Source of the DNA: Planctomycetota bacterium | Lineage (GTDB): Bacteria > Planctomycetota > UBA1135 > UBA2386 | DNA length: 64,000 nucleotides | Direction of reading: 5' to 3' | NCBI GenBank assembly: GCA_965223545.1 | Contig: OZ245006.1 | Span: 1,632,001-1,696,000 of the forward strand | Shown here: positions 58,183 to 64,000 of the stretch, piece after piece | How the letters are laid out: each line of letters starts with the position of its first letter | Numbering within the stretch: the first letter of the stretch is position 1 | Notes under the pieces: model-generated | Seen by the model: only the letters and a program-made list of their open reading frames with translations | The model's database searches: none | Told to the model about the DNA's origin: nothing | Position numbers and translations under genes: made by a program

Positions 58183-61062
58183 ATGAGCCACATCGACCAC
58201 ACCGACCACGCCGACCTCGAGCTCTTGCTGGGGCATGCCGGTTGGCTGCGCGCTTTGGCCGGGCAGCTGGTGGGCGACGGCGCGGTCGCTGACGATCTCG
58301 TGCAGGAGACCTGGCTGCGCACCCTGCGCCGGCCACCCCGCGCCGGCGTCGCGGTTCGCGCATGGCTGGCCCGCGTCCTGAGCAACACCGCCGCCAGCGC
58401 AGTGCGCCAGGAGCAGCGGCAACGGCGGCGTGAGCACGCCGCGGCGCGCGCCGACTGGGTCGACCCCGCTCCTTCACTCCTGCAGCGCGCCGAGTTGCAG
58501 GCCGCGCTGGCAGCCGCCGTGCGCGCTCTTCCCGAGCACGAGCGCGCCGTCGTGGTCCTGCGCCACTACGACGAGCTGCCGCCGAAGCAAGTCGCCGAAC
58601 GGTTGGCGCTGCCGGAGGGCACCGTGCGCAAACGCCTGCAACGTGCTTATCAACGACTGCGGCTGAGCCTGCAGCGCCGCGCCGGGCCGTCGTGGCGCGG
58701 CGTGGTGGCGGTCGCGCTCGGGCTGCGTCCCGGGACGGACGGACCTGCGCCGGGGCTCGCCGAGCTCGGCGCCGCCGCCACGCCGCGAGCCTTGACGATG
58801 GGAGCGATCATGACCTCGAACGCGATCAAGACCGGCCTCGGAATCGGCGTCGGTGGCCTGCTCTTGCTCGGCTGGTGGACCGCGCGGGCAACGCCGGGCG
58901 ATCTGCCTCTACCCCCGGCGGAGATCGCGGAGGCGCCACATCTGGTCGGCGGATCGCCGCCCCGGGACGCAACCGAAAGAACCCCCGCCGACACGCGGAC
59001 CACCATCGACGAACCGGTCCGTGTCGAGCGCAGTCACGACCTACCGCCGGGACGCGCCGGCTGGACCGGCCGGGTCGTGCATGCCGACGGCCGGCCAGCT
59101 CCCGAGGCATCGGTCCTGGTCAGCAGTGGCGCGTTCGCGACCGTGCTGGCCACCGATGCAGAGGGCCGCTTTGCATGGACCAAGCGGTCCGGCAGGCGTT
59201 GGCGCGGTTCGAGCTTCGCCGGCGTGCTGGCCGGTCATCTCGGCGAGTGGCGCTCTGCCCCCGCCGACCGACCGCCTCGCGAGCTCGTGCTCCCTCTTGC
59301 GCCCGCGACCGAAGTCACCCTGCGCGTCGTCGACGATGCCACCGGGGCTCCGGTCGCCGGCGTGCCCCTACAGCTCACCCTCGCCGGCGCGGTGTCGACG
59401 GCGCGGTCGGACAGCGATGGCCTGGCGCGGCTGAGCGCCCGCGGAGAAGGGATTGCCCGCCTCACCGTCCGTGACTGGGGGCCGGTGCTCGGCATGGACC
59501 TGCAGCGCGAGGTGCGCGGCGGCGCGTTGGTGGATGCGGAGATCCGCGTGCGCCTCTATCCGCGCACCGCGCGGCTGCGCGCCGTCGAGCACCGGACCGG
59601 CCGACCGGTCGCCGGCGTTCAGTGGACCCGCGCCATCGCTCCCGACGGGCCGGGCGATCCCGGCGATGGCCCCTACCTGCGCGGCGCGTGGCCGAAGCTC
59701 CCGCTGTCCGCCGATGCCCGCGGCGTGGTCACGGTGCGGCTGCCCGACGACGAGCACGGCATCTACGTCCGCGCCGCCGCACCGGGCTACTTCGCGGCCG
59801 CGGTCACCGTCCTGAGCGAACAGCCCACCGTGATCGACGTCCCGCTGCGGCCCGTGCATCGCACCGAGGTGCAAGTGGTCGCCGCCGGTGAGCCCTTGGC
59901 GGGCGTCGCGCGCATTCACTGGCGCGCGCCGGCGGTCTTCGAACCGCTGCCGCGCGCCGCCCGCTCGGCGGCCCACCGGCCGCGATGGCCGGGAGTCGAG
60001 CAAAGCGGAGTGGTGCAGACGGATGCCAGTGGACGCGCGACGCTGCCCGTGCCGGCGGAGGCGGCGGTGCCGGAGGTGTTCGAGCTCGAAGTCGAGGCGG
60101 CCGACGGCCGCCGTCGCAGCTACGGGCAGTTGCAGGGCGCGCACATGCCGCCCCCACCGTGGCTGCTCGACGTCGCGCCGCCGCGGGCCGAGATCGCGGT
60201 ACGCGTCGTCGACGACGCAGGGCTGCCGGTCGCGGGTGCCGAGGTCGTGCTGACACCGTGGGTGCAACGCTCGGCCGACGGCTATCAGGACCGCGTGCGC
60301 GCCGGCGCCGCCGCCGGCGCGCTGGACGAAGTGACCGGCGCGCGCCACGTCGAGCGCACGGATGACGATGGCATGGTCCGGGCGCGCGTGTACGCGCCCT
60401 CGGAGCTCGCGGTCGAGGTTCGCCGGGGCGACCCCACGACTCGCGCAACCCGCACGATGGTCGCCGGCGAGTCCGCCACGATGGAGGTGCGCCTACAGGC
60501 GCCACCCGATCCAGGGCTCGCGATCCACGGCCGAGCGGTGCCGCGGCACGGGCGTTGGCAGCCTGGCCGGGTTCGGCTCGAGGCGCGCGCGCTCGACCTG
60601 CCCGCCGATGCCGACTGGCGCCAGCGGCAGCCGGTGCGGGCGCGCGTCGCGGACGACGGTTCGTTCGCGATCTCCGGCCTCGCGCCGGGGCGGTATCAGC
60701 TGCACTCGCCGTGGAGCGCAGCGCAAGACGACGTCATCGCCACCGCGGGCGACCGCGGCGTGCAGGTCGTCGTCCCGCCCGTCGTCGACCTGCGCGTCAC
60801 GGTCGTCGATGCCCACACCGGACGCCGGCTGCCGGGTGCGCTCGTCGACGTGCAGTGCGGCGACCCACGACAGTGGTGGACGCTGTCCAGCGCGGCCCCA
60901 GGCGCCCGCACCAACGACGGCGTCGTCTTCGCGCCGCGGTGGGCCGCGGACTTCACCGCCGTGCGCGCCCGCGCTCCGGGTTATTCGGCGAGCACGGTTT
61001 CGTTGACGGCAGCGTCGCCCACCGAACTCGGCGGCGTCGTGGTTGCGCTCGTGCCCGAGTGA
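58183..61062 (+). CDS. ECF sigma factor with TM and large extracytoplasmic beta-sandwich extension
   Basis: ADDLVQETW, AWLARVLSN, LPEHERAVVVLR, GTVRKRLQR; TM; repeated VVDxxxGxPVAG. Confidence 0.85.
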   Translation: MSHIDHTDHADLELLLGHAGWLRALAGQLVGDGAVADDLVQETWLRTLRRPPRAGVAVRAWLARVLSNTAASAVRQEQRQRRREHAAARADWVDPAPSLLQRAELQAALAAAVRALPEHERAVVVLRHYDELPPKQVAERLALPEGTVRKRLQRAYQRLRLSLQRRAGPSWRGVVAVALGLRPGTDGPAPGLAELGAAATPRALTMGAIMTSNAIKTGLGIGVGGLLLLGWWTARATPGDLPLPPAEIAEAPHLVGGSPPRDATERTPADTRTTIDEPVRVERSHDLPPGRAGWTGRVVHADGRPAPEASVLVSSGAFATVLATDAEGRFAWTKRSGRRWRGSSFAGVLAGHLGEWRSAPADRPPRELVLPLAPATEVTLRVVDDATGAPVAGVPLQLTLAGAVSTARSDSDGLARLSARGEGIARLTVRDWGPVLGMDLQREVRGGALVDAEIRVRLYPRTARLRAVEHRTGRPVAGVQWTRAIAPDGPGDPGDGPYLRGAWPKLPLSADARGVVTVRLPDDEHGIYVRAAAPGYFAAAVTVLSEQPTVIDVPLRPVHRTEVQVVAAGEPLAGVARIHWRAPAVFEPLPRAARSAAHRPRWPGVEQSGVVQTDASGRATLPVPAEAAVPEVFELEVEAADGRRRSYGQLQGAHMPPPPWLLDVAPPRAEIAVRVVDDAGLPVAGAEVVLTPWVQRSADGYQDRVRAGAAAGALDEVTGARHVERTDDDGMVRARVYAPSELAVEVRRGDPTTRATRTMVAGESATMEVRLQAPPDPGLAIHGRAVPRHGRWQPGRVRLEARALDLPADADWRQRQPVRARVADDGSFAISGLAPGRYQLHSPWSAAQDDVIATAGDRGVQVVVPPVVDLRVTVVDAHTGRRLPGALVDVQCGDPRQWWTLSSAAPGARTNDGVVFAPRWAADFTAVRARAPGYSASTVSLTAASPTELGGVVVALVPE

Positions 61063-61997
61063 CGCGGCGTGGTCGTCTCCGCGCCAGTCGCTTCCGCGGC
61101 GAGCTCGTGGTGCGGCACGGCGAAGCCGAGAACGTCTGCCGGCGTCACGTTGCGGCGCGGCACTGCGCGGCGGCAAGACTCGTCCACGAGCACCGTGCAG
61201 ACCACTCCGTTGTAGCCGGGCAACCCGGCGGCCAGCCGGTCGGCCCGCATCAGCAGCGCAGCCGCCCGTCGGCCGAAGACGCGCCGCAGCAACGGGCACA
61301 GCGCACCGTAGGCCTTGGCGACGACCGACGTCGCTCGCCGCGGCCGCGTGGCGTTGACGAAGACGATGGGCAGCCACAACAGCGAACTCAGGATGCGGCG
61401 CGACCGCAGCACGAGACCGCGGTCAGCCAAGCCGTCGAAGCTCCGATCGGTCAACGCGTGGATGTGCGCGTGCGGAATCCGCCGGCGAATGTTCTCTGCC
61501 ACGGTGCGCGGCGACTCGGCCGGCACGGTGACGATCACCGCGCGGCGCGCGACGCGCAACAGCTCGTCCATCGCACCCTGCAAGTCCTGCACGTGCTCCA
61601 GCGTCTCGCTGCACAGCACCACGTCGAAGGAGTCGTCGGCGAACGGCAACCCGTGGATGTCGATTGGCTGTGCTTCGAGACCGTAGATGGCGCGCGCCCG
61701 CAAACAGGCCTGCTCGGAGAGATCGGTGGTCACCACACGCGGCGTGCCGAAGAGATGACGCACCAGCGCGGCCTTGTAGCCCTCGCTACCGCCGACATCC
61801 AAGAACGAGGCGAAGTCGAGGCCCGCGAGCTCGCGCGCGATGTGGTAGGTGATGGTGTACGAGCGCACCGACGCCGGCTCGCACGGCTCGACTCGAAAGC
61901 CGTAGATCGGTTGGTGCGCGCGATAGACCCCGCGATGGTCGGACTGCTGATAGCGCTGCTCGAGCCAATCCTTGGTCGCGGCGGTGTACGAGTCCAT
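60981..61997 (-). CDS. Class I SAM-dependent methyltransferase (type 11)
   Basis: FLDVGGSEG, LPFADDSFDVVLCSETLEH. Confidence 0.85.
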   Translation of the reverse strand: MDSYTAATKDWLEQRYQQSDHRGVYRAHQPIYGFRVEPCEPASVRSYTITYHIARELAGLDFASFLDVGGSEGYKAALVRHLFGTPRVVTTDLSEQACLRARAIYGLEAQPIDIHGLPFADDSFDVVLCSETLEHVQDLQGAMDELLRVARRAVIVTVPAESPRTVAENIRRRIPHAHIHALTDRSFDGLADRGLVLRSRRILSSLLWLPIVFVNATRPRRATSVVAKAYGALCPLLRRVFGRRAAALLMRADRLAAGLPGYNGVVCTVLVDESCRRAVPRRNVTPADVLGFAVPHHELAAEATGAETTTPRHSGTSATTTPPSSVGDAAVNETVLAE

Positions 61998-62073
61998 GCC
62001 TTCTCATCGGCGCCCTGCCGGCAGCGCCTGTGGCAAAACCATCGATGCGAACGGCGGTTCAGCGGCCGCAACC

Positions 62074-64000
62074 CTACTCGCCGATGGTCCAGCGCAGACC
62101 GCTCGACATGGCCCCGAGGGCCGTGCCTCCAGCGCTCAGCACGGCGGCCTGCGAATACACATCGAGGCCGATCAAGCTCAGCTGCATCGGGATCGGCGTC
62201 CGCACGCTGGCAAACCCACCACCGTTGGTGACGATGGGCAGGCCGACGAGCCACAGGCTCGGGTCGACACCCAACGTGCAGCCGGCCCCCAGCGGCAACG
62301 ACGCCGGCCCGAGGCCAACGGCAACGACGCCGGCCCGGGCGGCACCCGCGCCGATCACGTCCATGCCGTAGTCGATGTTGCCGAGGAACGGCAGTCCGAC
62401 GGCGGCGAGCGCCGGGGCGGGGCCGAGCGGCTCGCATCCCGCGCCGAATGTGGCCACCGCGGCGACGCTCGTGTCACCGAACACCCACGTGTCGGCGAAC
62501 TGCACCGAGTTGCTGCCTCCGTTCAGGACCATTCGCTGGCGGGCCTCGTCGTAGGCCATGGCGTGGCCGGCGCGGGGCCCGGGAACGGCGGCACCGGTCG
62601 CGATTCGGTTCCAGTCGTTGCCATCCCACTCCCAGAAGTCGAGCCCGTTCCAGTACGAGAACAGCACGACCGTCCCGCGGCCGGCATCGTAGGCCATCTC
62701 CATGCGCGATCCCGGAGGCGGACTGGTGCCAGGTGACCGTGCCTGCCAACTCGACCCATCCCATTCCCAAGTATCCGCGAGGCTGTTGCCGGCCTCATCG
62801 CGCCCACCGAACAACACGACGCGTTGGCGCGCGGCGTCATACGCAACCTGGTGCCAGGTCCTCGGTGACGGACCGGTGTTGGCCAGCATGCTCCACTGGG
62901 TCCCGTCCCACGCCCAAGTGTCGCCGTTGGCGCTGGCGGAGCTGCCGACCGTCGCACCGCGATTGCCGCCGAACAGCAGCACGTGGCCCCGCGCCTGATC
63001 GTAGACCATCGCGGCCCCGGCCCGCGGTGAGGGCCGGGCGCTCGGCGTCCGCTGTCGCCAGTCGACGCCGTCGTACTCCCAAGTCTCGTCGTTGTGCGGC
63101 CAACCGCCGAAGACCACGGCGCGGCTGCGGCCGCGGTCGAAGGCGAACGCGTGGTTGAACCGCGGCGGTGGCGACGTCGACGGTCGCCGCAGGCGCCAGC
63201 GCGCGCCGTCCCACTCCCACGTGTCGTTCAGCGGGGTCACCACTCCTCGCTGACCACCGAACAGAACCACCCGCTCGCGCCGCGCGTCGTAGACGAGATC
63301 GTGGTTGTAGCGCGCAGGCGGACCCTGCCGGTTCAGCGACGTCCACCGCGTCCCGTCGTACTGCCAGCCCTCGGCGATCGGGCGCAACGACCCCTCCTGC
63401 CCGCCGAGAAGCACGATCCGCTGGAGTCCCTCGTGCCAGACGAGGGCGTTGTGCATCAGCTGATGTGGTGCCGGCGCCGCCGCGACCCAATCGGTTCCGT
63501 CCCACTCCCAGGTCTCGTCCAGAGCGGAGAAGGTTCCCCCCGTCTTGGTGCCGCCCACCATCACGACCCGTCCGCGCACCGGATCGTAGGCCATGGCGTG
63601 CTCGAAACGAGCTGCGGGCACCGTCGCCGGAAAGCGCTGCTGCCACGTCGCGCCGTCCCACTCCCAGGTATCCGACAGCACCGTTCGATTGGCGCCCTCG
63701 CCACCGAACAGGACGACGCGGCCGCGCGCGCGGTCGTACGCCATCGCGTGATTCTCGCGCGCGGGCGGCACGACAGCCGGCGTGCGCAACGTCCAGGACG
63801 CGCCGTTCCACTCCCAGGTGTCGTCGACCAGGGTCGGCAGCGGCGTGAACGCACTGCCACCGAAGAGCACGACGCGACTGCGGCCGCGATCGTAGGCCAG
63901 CGCGTGGTCGGTGACGGCCGGCGATGGACCCGCGCCCACCGTGACCCACGCCGCGCCGTCCCAGGTGTAGGTCGCGATGCTGTTGACCAGCACAGTGCGC
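62074..64000 (-). CDS. Kelch-like repeat protein (5' part outside window)
   Basis: Repeated HAMAYD..RGRVVLFGG...DTWEWDG. Confidence 0.88.
   Translation of the reverse strand, partial: RTVLVNSIATYTWDGAAWVTVGAGPSPAVTDHALAYDRGRSRVVLFGGSAFTPLPTLVDDTWEWNGASWTLRTPAVVPPARENHAMAYDRARGRVVLFGGEGANRTVLSDTWEWDGATWQQRFPATVPAARFEHAMAYDPVRGRVVMVGGTKTGGTFSALDETWEWDGTDWVAAAPAPHQLMHNALVWHEGLQRIVLLGGQEGSLRPIAEGWQYDGTRWTSLNRQGPPARYNHDLVYDARRERVVLFGGQRGVVTPLNDTWEWDGARWRLRRPSTSPPPRFNHAFAFDRGRSRAVVFGGWPHNDETWEYDGVDWRQRTPSARPSPRAGAAMVYDQARGHVLLFGGNRGATVGSSASANGDTWAWDGTQWSMLANTGPSPRTWHQVAYDAARQRVVLFGGRDEAGNSLADTWEWDGSSWQARSPGTSPPPGSRMEMAYDAGRGTVVLFSYWNGLDFWEWDGNDWNRIATGAAVPGPRAGHAMAYDEARQRMVLNGGSNSVQFADTWVFGDTSVAAVATFGAGCEPLGPAPALAAVGLPFLGNIDYGMDVIGAGAARAGVVAVGLGPASLPLGAGCTLGVDPSLWLVGLPIVTNGGGFASVRTPIPMQLSLIGLDVYSQAAVLSAGGTALGAMSSGLRWTIGE

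Overview
High-GC bacterial window; gene content (ECF sigma/Ser-Thr kinase modules, ELWxxDGT/FG-GAP/Kelch secreted proteins, Gld-like ABC cluster) suggests Planctomycetota (inference). Housekeeping genes (rplC, rpmH, rplM-rpsI, pyk, clpP, yebC, pilB-pilT-pilB) alternate with accessory islands of secreted repeat proteins. Highlights: (1) a RAYT-like HUH/Y1 transposase next to a ~354-bp tandem hairpin array, into which a complete IIC-like group II intron (1500-3532) has inserted exactly at the base of a hairpin; (2) an (AG)17 tract just after an SD+ATG that puts a ~1,390-aa secreted hydrolase/FG-GAP protein out of frame (candidate phase switch); (3) a second dispersed repeat family (85-bp perfect palindrome plus two half-copies, one in-frame inside a kinase gene); (4) a shared ~125-aa C-terminal domain on three unrelated secreted proteins; (5) an orphan, divergent L3 gene followed by a small basic ORF. 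All calls come from motif recognition by eye; no database searches were run.
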